DNA from: Octopus bimaculoides
Lineage: Eukaryota
Direction: 5' to 3'
DNA length: 64,000 nt
NCBI RefSeq assembly: GCF_001194135.2
Contig: NC_068983.1
Coordinates: forward strand, 165,005,352-165,069,351
Position numbers and translations under genes: made by a program. This document shows positions 1 to 11,010 of this stretch, piece by piece; the first letter of the stretch is position 1, and each line of letters begins with the position of its first letter. Under the pieces are notes generated by a model. That model searched no databases, was not told the DNA's origin, and worked only from the letters and a program-made list of their open reading frames with translations.

Positions 1-290
1 CGGCATTCTGCGATCACACTGCTCCCTTTGCTTCGTTTTCAGATATGCTCGACCATTCGATTCGTAGCAAACCGATGTTCTCTTCCTTCAGGTGGAACGG
101 TACTAGTGAAGGGACAGGCATGTATGACCTTTTCCAGCTAAGCGAACGAGCAAAAGCTATAAGCTGCCTGGTTAATATTTGAGCAAGACACCGGCAAAAT
201 CTCCACGATGAAAAAAAATTATATATCGTTGGCAACATCTAAAGACGGAACTGTGTGCAGAAGAGTAATAAAGAGGAAGGGATCGATGTG

Positions 291-500
291 CGAGGGTTGG
301 TGAAAAGTTCCTGGCTTAAAGGGTTTTGCAAAAGGCTTCATTGAAGGTTCAACGTTCCAAGTTCTTTTACAGGGCTGAAGGACGACTGAAATAAATGTGT
401 GATTCTGAGAGGGGGGGGGGGATACGTTGAATAAAATCATAATTAACTTATTTCCTATATTTTCTTCTACCCAAAGCCAGGAACTCTTCAGCACCCCCTA
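291..500. mobile_element. Mariner-type MITE (~210 bp)
   Basis: Imperfect TIRs cgagggttggtgaaaagttcctggctt / aaagccaggaactcttcagcaccccctag followed by TA; internal sequence shared with the copy at 13932-14144. Confidence 0.75.
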
Positions 501-1829
501 GTATATATACGTGTGTTTGTAGTGAATCTGTGTTAGTGGATATATATATATATCTCAAAGGTTATATATTAATATATGCAAGATTAACTGCTCTAAGTAG
601 AAGAAAACTGTTATGAAAATAGTTGCATTCTATATGCTCAGTAAAGATTGGCTTCTGCTTTTGGCACAGAACCAGACATTTAGAGAAGGAGAATTTAGTC
701 GATGCAATATTTAACGGGTGCCTTCCTTTGTGATTCCGGAAGGTGAAAACCAAGGCTGAACTCAGCGGTATTTGAACTCAGAATGTATAGAGCCGGAAGA
801 AATGCCGCAAAATATTTTGTTCGATGCTCTAATGATTCTGAAAAATCCCCGCCCTTTCTATCCGGGGAAGTATGACAGTGAATCAGTCCATTCCAAGTCC
901 ATTTTTAAGGCTTGTTTGTCCATGTTGAGTCGCTTCAGTGCAGCTATCGTCACCTGAGATTTAAATAAGTGTCGGTATACGAGTGACTTATAATAATAAT
1001 ACACATGGTTAGCTTAAATTTATGCAATTTAAACTGAAGAGAGGCATTTGTTTGCATCTCTGCAGATCGTGTTGACGACAAACTCCAAATGGTCCGCTGC
1101 ACTTCTAAAACTTAGTTAAATTTCACGTCAACCCATGAGATGTGATGAGAGATAAACAGACTATAAATTAAATACCACCATTCCAAATATAAACGTCATT
1201 AGATAATGCAGCCATTTGTAATTGATGGAGGATAACAAACTCACTGACAAACCTCCAGCCGCGATTATATTGTCTGCCAAAGGGCCATATTATTGATTAC
1301 AATCAAACTCATTATTGAACTTATTTTTGTGATGGGATGTAATCGATAACGTGGTTTTCAGGCGTTTCACAAATTATATAGTCCGAGGTTCTAATCAGCA
1401 AGTTCCTTGTACTTTTACAATTCCAAATTACTGTTTACATGCTCCGTACTATTTATGTAATAAAAAGTGGCCATTTGTTTGAACGTCGATCATGTTCTTG
1501 ACGTTAATATTCTTCGAAATCATCAAATTAAAGTGTAATGCCTTCATATGTTTCACGTCCGTCTATTGAAAGTCTCATACTCAAAAACTTAAAAACTGTA
1601 ATTAATACTTGATCAACAGCAGACAACTGTACAATTTATAAATTATTCAAATTGTTCCATCAAAGTTCCTACCTATTCTATTTAAGTAGCTCTTAGATAT
1701 AAGTCCTCTTCATGAAACATGTGACACCAATCTTCGTTATTTTCCTGTGTGCCATATGAACAGTAAAACGTGTGGACATCTGTTTAAAGTTTAGTTTAAG
1801 AATGGTTTAAAAACTTTAGGTAGATTACC

Positions 1830-1888
<59 letters not shown>

Positions 1889-2760
1889 GAATTGTTGGCT
1901 GGATAGATAGATAGATAAATAGATAGATATACGCAATATTAATTCTCTGAGCGAGAAGTAAATAGTAGCAGCGCAAAAGCGAAAAATATAATTGCCAGCT
2001 AGATGTGGCGGTCCTATAGAGGACAATGCTACTGTTGTTTTTAACCCCAGCTGGCAAACGACACACTATCTGTGTCCGATTAGTATTTGCGTGTGGAATG
2101 AGTTTTCATCATTCGCTCGTGATTATCACAGACTGATGACGGTTACTTTTGCACGATTCATACTCAAAATATTGGAGGGATACAAATTAATACTGAATTT
2201 AGGCTTGGGATACGCCATTTGCTAATTTCCTTTGAAAATATATTAGTTTAATAGTGATTCTTTTGAAGGCCCAATGTAACATTTGTTAGGTAACTGGACT
2301 ACTAAATCGATGTCTGGATGTTATCGGTTATTTACGTTATCGATGATGTTAGGATTAAGCAATGCAGATCACGTCAGTCAGATCTTCAGACAAGATTGGA
2401 CATGAATAAAAAATATCTATCATGGATTTTATTGTTAAATTATCAGCCTTAATGAAACAATGATCCCAACTTCTTTGTGACGAGATATAAACCCCAAGGT
2501 TTAATAATGAAGGAGAATACAATTTTTTCAGCTGTTAACCACATTAACCTCTATTATGGAGCATCACCAAAGAAATGAAAATTAAATTATGCGAACCGGG
2601 GTTTGAAATCACATTCAGTTTTGAATTTCTAAAATATTTTATTTGATTCTCCATCAACATCCTCAATATCACAAAAATAATGTTAAATAATTTTCCAACA
2701 GGACTGTTTTTGTGGTGGAAAGATGTAATCGATTGCAATGAAGACCAAATAGTATCGCTA

Positions 2761-2930
2761 CAGGCGTAGGCGTGGGTGTGTGGCAAGAAGTTTACTTCCC
2801 AATCACATGGTCCCCAGTGGCACCTTGGGCAAGTGTATTCTTTTACAGCCTCGGGTCGACCAAAGTCTCGAAAGTGGGTTTCGTAAACAGAAACTGAAAG
2901 AAGCCCGTTGTATCTGTGTGTGTGTGTGTG
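2761..2930 (+). mobile_element. tRNA-derived SINE family B (degenerate)
   Basis: Head ggcgtgggtgtgtggcaagaag..., core ggcaccttgggcaagtg...gaaactgaaagaagcccg, (TG)n; matches the full copies at 32295 and 48449. Confidence 0.8.
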
Positions 2931-4503
2931 AAAATTAATACGTATATGGACAGGTAGATAGGTGATACGGGCACACGTGCATACATACATACAAATGAAG
3001 ACTGAAACACATTTCCATGTACACACACGCACACTTCACACAAGGACACATATGGAGACAAATATCCATAACAGACGCACACACATAGTCACACAAACCC
3101 ATACACACACAAACATGCAGACACAAGGAGACAGAGGTACACACAGAAATAAATACACCCACACATACATGAACACAAATACACACACATACACATGGAT
3201 AGGCAGAATACATACATACATACATACATGTGTATGCGCACACAGAAACAAAGAAAATACACAACGCAGTTCCGAGAACGGACAGAGTCAACGACTATTA
3301 AAGCGGTTGCAAGGCGCAACGAAAATTTTCGTAAAAATTATTAAGTGATTGGAAATCAGACCGGAGAGTGTGTAAAATTAGTAAGGCACTAAAAGAGAGT
3401 TTGAAGGGGTCGATATTGAATTATGAACATAATATAACCAAATAAAAGACGATGGCTGTTATTGTTGTTTAACAACTCCATATCATTTCTGATTTTCTTA
3501 ATCTCTGCTCAAAGATATTCTACACTTGAACGCCACGACATTTTCATAGGCGATGCCTTTTACGTATTTATTGTAAGACAATAGTGTATGACTATGCGGA
3601 ATCTAGCGACTATGTTTAGCTGATCAAGTGACCACGTGGAGGTCTCTTCTTGCAATCCGATTTCCTACCTATTGTGTTTAGTCACAGCTTTTAGGAATAC
3701 GTTAACGATTAATTCACAATTTATTCAACATTCCATCAATAATCAACTCTAACTGCAGTCAATCCCGATCACATTTTATGAAATGCAAAACTAAGTGAAA
3801 TTTCGAAGATAGTTTGTTAATCTAAAACGATGAGATCGAATTATCGTACACAAAAATTAACACAATAACATAACGGATCGTTGTGTTTACGGTTCTCATC
3901 GATCGAGGGTGTGGACTTGAATATAATTTAGCTTTTGTATAAATGCATTACATCGACAGCTACTGATTGGTGGAGAACGATATCGATTTTCGACAGCTTT
4001 GTTCGTTTAAGTTTAATATTCCTTACAAGCTCAAATATAAATTCTGAAGGAGCATTGACAAGAAATAATATTTCGTATCAATTATTTACTTTTCCCAATA
4101 TCTTTAGCCTCTTTCTTTCTTTCCTTCCATCTGTCTACATTTCTTTATTTCTCTGTTTAACAACTCATTCACAAATCTATATTTTCATACTTTCACACAA
4201 TGGTCACCAGTTTCTTTCAAACTTTTACCCCCCCCCCTTCCTCCTCTCTTCTTCTCTCAGTTTCACTGAATTTCGTTTTGTTAATCAAACACTAACTCTT
4301 CACTTCTATCGCAATAATACTGACACATAGCAAAACGTTCGGGTACTCTTAAGAAAGAAAAAAAGACAGACAGACAGATAGATAGATCCAAAGTTAGATG
4401 TGTAGGAAGAAAGTTGGCTTGAATATTTATCATTTTCACGGTCGGTTCCGCTCGTTATGAAACATATGTAGTCCGGATCTTATCTTCTCCATTCCTTAAC
4501 TCT

Positions 4504-4505
<2 letters not shown>

Positions 4506-4590
<85 letters not shown>
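4506..4590. repeat. (TA)n microsatellite, ~85 bp
   Basis: Perfect TA run read directly. Confidence 0.98.
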
Positions 4591-4593
<3 letters not shown>

Positions 4594-4879
4594 AAAATAA
4601 GAGGAATGACCAGCAAAAGTGGACTCCTATATCTGCAGGATAATCAGACTACGCGGACGATCCTGCAGATATTTACTTATGTAAATTTTAACAGGTGAAA
4701 CCATGTTACGTAGGTTAATCGTTTATTTATTTAGTATTTTTTCATTTGTCTTGCTCTTTTACAGTCTGTTGTGTCGCTAATTTTTTACTGAGAACATATT
4801 TTTCTTGGTTAGATGATTCGGCATCTCTTTCTAGCATATAGGAGTCCTCTTTTGCTGGTCATTCCTCTTATTTTTGTAT
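4589..4879. mobile_element. Non-autonomous inverted-repeat element abutting (TA)n
   Basis: 44-bp TIRs (4589-4632 / 4836-4879, 2 mismatches); internal 12-bp hairpin 4630-4641/4660-4671. Confidence 0.75.
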
Positions 4880-5557
4880 GTAATATAATTTCAGTCTTCG
4901 GATTTTTTTAATATGCTGGACCACTGGTTTTAATTGAATAATATCAATGTTTACCCTCATTAATAAATATATATATATATATCCATGCATACACATACAT
5001 ACATATACACATATCTTTATGTTTGTTAGAGGGAAAGAGACATTAGATAGTTCAGGAATTGTACACATACACACAAATTTAAGCATATACATACATACAT
5101 ACATACATACATATCATTCTGCTTGTTAGAGGGAAAGATACAATAAGTGCATCAGGTATTGTATATAAATAAGTAGTTCGAGGTATATAAGCAAAATCGA
5201 ACACACATACAGAGAATGTATATTGTAAATTACAGAGACGTAAACACACCAACACTGGTTGTCAGGTAGTGGTGAGGGACAAAGCCACACACAAAGATAC
5301 GCACACACACTATATATATATATATGTATATATATATACACGTGTGTGTGTGTTGATATTCTTGACCAAAGCATTTACATAGCTTATTAAAACATATTTT
5401 AGTAATATCTATATTTATATTATTGCAGTGTTATGTTTATCATTTGGTTCGGGGTTGGACTCGCAAAATCCAACGCCACCTATCACATCAACTGAAAGGC
5501 ATTACCTCTCCATTAAATAAAATATTTGTCTGGCATCAATATTATAAAATGCAACTG

Positions 5558-5770
5558 GACGGCGAGCTGACAGAATCGTTAACACGCCGAGGTAAAATGC
5601 GGAGCGGTATTTCGTCCACCTTTATGTTCCGAGGTCAAATTCCGTAGAGGCTGACTTTGTCTTTCAGCCCTTCGGGGTTGATAAAATAAGTACCAGTTGA
5701 ACACGGAGGCCAATATAGTTGACCTTACCTCTCCCCGAACTTGTTGGCCTTGTGTCAAAATTTGAAACCA
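5558..5770 (+). mobile_element. tRNA-derived SINE family A
   Basis: ggcgagctgacagaatcgtt head; conserved core gactttg(c/t)ctttca(t/g)cc(t/c)ttcggggt(c/t)gataaa-taagtaccag (resembles the Nin/Deu central domain, tentative); tail ggccttgtg...tttgaaacca. Confidence 0.85.
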
Positions 5771-6076
5771 ATTTTATTAAACTTGTGTTCTGAAGTTAAC
5801 ATTTTTTGTGTTTGATTCGCGTCTTTCCAACAAGGAAGAGCAGTGAAAGAGACGAGTAATAAGGATGACTATAAAATCTAGCCTGGCACTCCTGAGCTAC
5901 CGAAACGAATTAGTGAATGCTACGAAAAAAGCGAGATCAAACACTCAGTCTGTAATATTATTTCTTTTCTCTCAATTTTACCAACCGTTCTGCTTTTTGG
6001 CCCAACTCCTTTTACTGACCATATGAATTAATTCTTCGTCATAAGAAAACATATTTTCTTACAATTTATGCAAACA

Positions 6077-6530
6077 GGCGCAGGAGTGACTGTGTGGTAA
6101 GAAGCTTGCTTCCCAACCACATGGTTCCGGCTTCAGTTCCACAACGTGGTACCTTGGGCAAGTGTTTCTACTATAGTTTCACGCCGACCAAAGCCTTGTG
6201 GGTGGATATGGTGGACGGAAACTGAAAGAAGCCCGTCATATATATATGTGTGTGTGTGTGAGATTAACAAATTAAAGACAGAAGGTGGAAAATACGAGAA
6301 TATATTTAGACAAAAAGAGAAACGAACACTTAATCCAGCGATAAAAGTATTGAAAAAATATGTGAGTGTGTGTGTATTTGTCCGTCCATGTTTGTCCCCC
6401 ACACCATTGCTTGACAACCGTAATTTAGCGGTTTAGCGAAAGAGCCCGATAGAATAAGTACTAGGCTTACAAAGTAGAAGTGCTGGGGTCGATTTGTTCG
6501 ACTAAAGACAGTGCTGAAATAAGTAAAAGA
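6077..6530 (+). mobile_element. SINE family B, interrupted
   Basis: Head ggcgcaggagtgactgtgtggtaagaagc, B-box-like ggcttcagttcc, core, then tail ...ggggtcgatttgttcgactaaa. Confidence 0.8.
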
Positions 6531-7595
6531 ATAAAAGAAAAAAAGTGCAGTTTTATACAAGATCAGTATCATATTTATGAACAATATTGCGTAAGTATTT
6601 AGTGCTTCAATATCAATTTATATACTGTAATTATTAAAGTATATAATCTATTATAATGTGGTACAGTACACATAGGTTTATGTGTTTTATGCTTTATTAG
6701 CTTTGAAACTTTGGTTTAATCGGTTTCTGTGAAATTTCTAAGTTAGATTTTCTACCTTCAGCATCATCACTTGAAATTGAGTAGATGTCCTCGAATGCAA
6801 TACGAGTGATGGCTTTCCAGTTGTCTGTGGCTGGAGAACGTCGGAGTTGAGGAAAGAAATGAATTTAGATAAGTGGGTGGCGGAGTCAAAGTAACTGGAA
6901 GCCTTTTGTTGTTGTTAGCTTTGTAAATAAGATAAGTGATGCATTGAGTGGAGTTTACATTTATGTAGACAAGTACTGTCAGCGTCAAGAGTTTAAATAA
7001 ATAGTGTATCCTAAATAGCGGAGGCGGATGTTGGACAATAGGTTAGGAATTTGCCTCACGGAAACAGTCCGACATTTTGTTGGTCTTAATCTGAGGTCGA
7101 TAAGAATTACGTTTTGCTAATTATAAAATCTGAAAGAGATTTTGATGTCTCTTGAGAGGGTCATTTTGCCAATAAGAAACTAACTCTGGTTACGCTTCGC
7201 TTCTTTTATTATTATTAGTCAACCAGTTTACTAATTGAATGTTTGATGCATCGTTAATCAATCAATGAAGCAGTAAGATATCGAGATAGACCCTGAGTAA
7301 AAATGGCTTGTATGAGGTCGCGAATGATGACGAAAGGAATCTCATGAGCCCAGCTCATTTATTGATTGACCAAACTATTAATCAAGCAGTCGGTTAGTTA
7401 ATTGGTTAAACTATTAACTTGTTCTCAGAATAATATTTTTAAAAACTGAACTAGAACCACTGCATGTGTTTTTTATTGGCATAATGACCCTCCAAACACA
7501 TAACGAAATATAATTATTATTTTCTATTGCTTTCTAAACAGCACGATGAGATTATTTACATTAGACGGATATTTGTCCTCATCTAGTTTGACGTT

Positions 7596-7641
7596 AACAC
7601 AACGTTTCGGCTGATATACCCTCCAGCCTCCATCAGGTGTC
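7596..7641 (-). ncRNA. Minimal type-I hammerhead ribozyme-like motif (core variant CUGAUGG-A)
   Basis: GACAC-CTGATGG-A-GGCTG-gagggtatat-CAGCC-GAAA-CG-TT-GTGTT; stems I and II pair; ACGU palindromic stem III. Confidence 0.6.
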
Positions 7642-7722
7642 TTGGGGAAATTTCGAACCTGGATTCTAATTCCTAAGGTATTTTTCGATGTTATTATCAT
7701 TATTATTATTATTATTATTATT

Positions 7723-8387
7723 GTTCAGTAGTTTTATTTTTATAACGTGCTTTCACTTCACTACCGAGCGCAGCTCTGTGCGCCTTGGGTATGCGCTGTG
7801 GTTTGCTGTGGTTACTGTATTGAAAGTGTTTTGCGTAGGATGTGTGCTGTGCCCAGTAGTGCAATTTTCGGTATGTTATATATATTTGTAAGTCCTGGTG
7901 TTTTTGTTATGTATTTGTCTNNNNNNNNNNNNNNNNNNNNNNNNNNNNNNNNNNNNNNNNNNNNNNNNNNNNNNNNNNNNNNNNNNNNNNNNNNNNNNNN
8001 NNNNNNNNNNNNNNNNNNNNNNNNNNNNNNNNNNNNNNNNNNNNNNNNNNNNNNNNNNNNNNNNNNNNNNNNNNNNNNNNNNNNNNNNNNNNNNNNNNNN
8101 NNNNNNNNNNATTTGCCTTAATTTCTCTATCTGTGTGTATTGGCATATTCCAGAGTATGGTTGCTTTCTCGTTTTCTGTGACCTTTTCTGGCGTGTGTTT
8201 ATACCATCTTTTTTCTGTTGTTATTCCATAGTGTTGGCATAGCTTCCAGTGTATATAGGTCCCAGTTCTGTCGTGTCTGTGAATATATTCCTTCTTAGCC
8301 AGGACTGGGCAGCCTGAGATAATATGATTTATTTCTCCACAAATTCTACAGTTACCTGTTATGTTTCTTTTCATTATATGTTTTTGG
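7723..8387 (-). mobile_element. 5'-truncated R4/Dong-like RLE LINE (3' end), crosses gap 7921-8110
   Basis: Translation CRICGEINHIISGCPVLAKKEYIHRHD...ILWNMPIHTDREIKAN (CCHC knuckle, RHD, start of RLE) and C-terminus IPKIALLGTAHILRKTLSIQ*, then 3' UTR; flanked on both sides by (TAA)n. Confidence 0.9.
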
Positions 8388-8480
8388 TTATTATTATTAT
8401 CATCATCATCATTATTATTCAGGTCACTGCCTGGAATCAAACTCAGAATGTTGGAGTTAGTAGCCAGCGCTCTTAACCAC

Positions 8481-8760
8481 GGGCATATGGCGTAGTTGTT
8501 AAGAGTGCGGGCTGCTAACCCCAAGATTCCGCGTTCGATTCCAGACATTGACTTGATTAATAATAATAATTAAAATAACATCAAAAAATACTTTAGGAAT
8601 GAGAACCCAGGTTCGAAAATCCCCAAGACATCTGATGAAGGCTGGAGGGTATATCAACTGAAACATTGTGTTAACAACAAACAAGATGAGGACAAATATC
8701 CGTCAAATGTAAATAATGGAAGTAATGTACCTAATTCCTCATCTCTTCAATATAAAACTG
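8481..8760 (+). mobile_element. tRNA-head / hammerhead-tail SINE-like element
   Basis: A-box-like tggcgtagttg, anticodon-loop-like ctgctaa, B-box gttcgattcc, (TAA)n linker, decayed HHR at 8627-8672; head-to-head with the minus copy. Confidence 0.8.
8627..8672 (+). ncRNA. Decayed hammerhead motif
   Basis: GACAT-CTGATGA-A-GGCTG-loop-CAACT-GAAA-CA-TT-GTGTT; two changes in stem II (one G-U wobble, one mismatch) and CG>CA in stem III. Confidence 0.5.
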
Positions 8761-9078
8761 CAGCACGATGAGATTTCAGAGAGATTCGACTGCTTCTTCT
8801 ACCAGTTCGAGTAACTTCCTAAAGAGTCACCCCGTAGGCTTCTGGCATGTGTGCTTGTAGGAGGAGATAAAGGAAGTCTATACTAGGCAGTACATGCAGA
8901 GACATAGTTTCCATTTTTTACTCGTGCAGTTAAAGACTAATAATAGCTTCTTGGCAATGAAACAATTCCGTTTCTTTCAGTTCATCTTCTCGAGATATCC
9001 AGCAGGTTTTGTCCAATGGCATATGTTTTTAACGCGATACACGTTAACAATATCAGTAATACTCATTATATATAATTC

Positions 9079-9270
9079 CGACTCGGCAATGACACCCCAG
9101 TCTCGCGCCTTTTCCGCTCTACCGGTCATTCTTTACAACACCTGTCCGTGTTCGGACTGACTTTGCACAGGGGCCATCCGGACTCCCTTTTGCACCGTGA
9201 AATGGGATTAATCTTCTCTCTTCGCTCCTTTGCGCCACATGGGCTCAACTCTCCTCCCCTCTTCATCTAA
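9079..9270 (+). pseudogene. Penelope-like element GIY-YIG endonuclease C-terminal fragment
   Basis: Manual translation (absent from the ORF track, no start codon): RLGNDTPVSRLFRSTGHSLQHLSVFGLTLHRGHPDSLLHREMGLIFSLRSFAPHGLNSPPLFI*; matches the PLE pattern PV..HF...GHS...L.V.GL...E..LI..L....P.GLN. Confidence 0.75.
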
Positions 9271-9983
9271 CCTCCTCGCCTCTCTCTTTCCCCTTGACAC
9301 CTAATTCCTCCCACACACCTCTTCTCTCTTGCTCCGACTCCTACTTCTCTTTACACCTACTCTCTTCTCTCCAACCCACTTCTCCTTCCCCTTCATCGTC
9401 ACCCCTCTCTCGTAAACCCATCCCACTCCTACACATTCCAACCCCACCTTCCCTCTCCTTCCCATAAAACCCCACCCACTCCCACATAACCCATCTCTAC
9501 CCCCACCTTCAGCCTAACGCACACCCCACTCTTTCTACTCTTATCTCCCCCACCTCCCAACACCATCACACCACAACACATCACAACGTACACACCAGCA
9601 CTGACCACTTCACAGCCCCACATCATCACACCTACACATACACAAACGTCAAGATCACCAACCCTCTTCCACACGCACATACAGACTCTCTTATACATAC
9701 GCACGCGCACCTTCGTTTTGGGATCATCACAACCTTATCTCCCCTTCTTCCTAGCTCTCCTATGTGACCCTTCTGTTTGGCATTCGCCATGATAGATCGC
9801 TAGCCACTACACATTCTTTATTTTCTCTCTTTGTTTTTTTTCTGTGTTCCTTTCTGTAGAAGAGCATAGGCTCAAAATGTTAAAGACGTTTTCACTTCCC
9901 GAGCGTTATACTAAAACATCTGTTTGTTGTCTACACCACCTGTCTTCGTCTTTTGTTTTGGGTTTTTTTTTGTGAACTCTCCC
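9079..9983 (+). mobile_element. 3' portion of a Penelope-like retroelement
   Basis: GIY-YIG end, C/A-rich spacer 9270-9720, HHR-like fold 9850-9885, tail ...gtgaactctccc abutting ATAT. Confidence 0.6.
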
Positions 9984-9991
9984 ATATATAC

Positions 9992-10025
<34 letters not shown>

Positions 10026-10028
10026 AGA

Positions 10029-10394
10029 GGCGCAATGGCCCAGTGGTTAGGGCAGCGGGCTCGCGGTCATAGGATCGCGGTTTCGATTCCAAGACCAGGC
10101 GTTGTGAGTGTTTCTTGAATGAAAACACCTAAAGCTCCACGAGGCTCCGGCAGGGGATGATGGCGAACCCTACTGTACTCTTCCACCACAACTTTCTCTC
10201 ACTCTTTCTTCCTGTTTCTTGTGTTCCTGTAATTCAAAGGGTCACCTTGTCACACTGAATATCCTCGAGAACTACGTTAAGTGTACACGTGTCTGTGGAG
10301 TGCTCAGCCACTTGCACGTTAATTTCACGAGCAGACTGTTCCGTTGATCGGAACCCTCGACGTCGTAAGCGACGGAATGCCAACAACAACAACA
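10029..10394 (+). mobile_element. tRNA-derived SINE family C with (CAA)n tail
   Basis: Head ggcgcaatggcccagtggttagggcagcg...gtttcgattcc; tail gtggagtgctcagccacttgcacgttaatttcacgagc...gccaacaacaac. Confidence 0.85.
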
Positions 10395-10768
10395 TATATA
10401 AGGAACGATAGGATATATATGTTCATGTATGTATGTATGTGTATTTTGTGCATATACAAACTATTACGGAAGTAATAACAGGTGGATATAGAAAATAGGT
10501 TTATTGACACTTGTTATAAATATGAAAATTATTATTAGATCAATCACCTTTTGAACAATATCAGAGCTATTTTGTACTACAGCTGATTGTAATCGATAGT
10601 AATGCACTAGAAATGACCCTGTATTTAGTAACAGAAAACTATATCTGAGTTTTTTTAATAAAGATTAGAAGTTAGTGTACTACATTTTCCTCATTAACCA
10701 ACCCGAGACGTACGGAAATTTCAAAAAGTCTAACGAACTTCGTATATTTCCTTTGCTCTTTACACACC

Positions 10769-10804
<36 letters not shown>

Positions 10805-10805
<1 letters not shown>

Positions 10806-10947
10806 GAGTGGCTTGCTTTCCAATCACATGGTTCCGGGTTCTGTCCCACTGCGTGGCACCTTGGACAAGTGCTATCCACTATAGCCTCGGGACAACCAAA
10901 GCCTTGTGAGTGGATTTGGTAGACAGAAACTGAAAGAATCCCGTCGA

Positions 10948-10979
<32 letters not shown>

Positions 10980-11010
10980 TTGTCCTCCCGACATCGCTTG
11001 ACAACCGATT
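10805..11010 (+). mobile_element. SINE family B
   Basis: cacatggttccgggttctgtcccactgcgtggcaccttgg...gaaactgaaagaatcccgtcg, (TG)n, catcgcttgacaaccga. Confidence 0.85.

Larger units (their letters stand above)
7545..8480 (-). mobile_element. tRNA-head / hammerhead-tail SINE-like element, split by an RLE LINE insertion
   Basis: Reverse strand: tRNA-like head 8480-8420, (TAA)n, inserted LINE 8387-7723, (TAA)n, body ...ccaggttcgaaatttccccaagacac, HHR fold 7641-7596, tail ...gaggacaaatatccgtc. Confidence 0.75.

Noticed and set aside
1034-1065. CUGAAGA plus hairpin (also minus-strand CUGAAGA near 2385-2391)
   Set aside because: No GAAA box
2935-3348. Long His/Thr- or Cys/Val-rich ORFs (also 12529-13056, 22151-22528, 45589-45957, 52240-52555)
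   Set aside because: Translations of (CA)n/(TG)n/(TA)n/(TTG)n low-complexity DNA; no domain or codon structure
8481-8545. Functional tRNA genes (also 10029, 41577, 48290, 62940)
   Set aside because: A/B boxes present but no complete cloverleaf or acceptor stem; they run into SINE bodies
7907-8548. 213-aa ORF as a single gene
   Set aside because: Chimeric read-through of a SINE head, (TAA)n, a LINE fragment and an N gap
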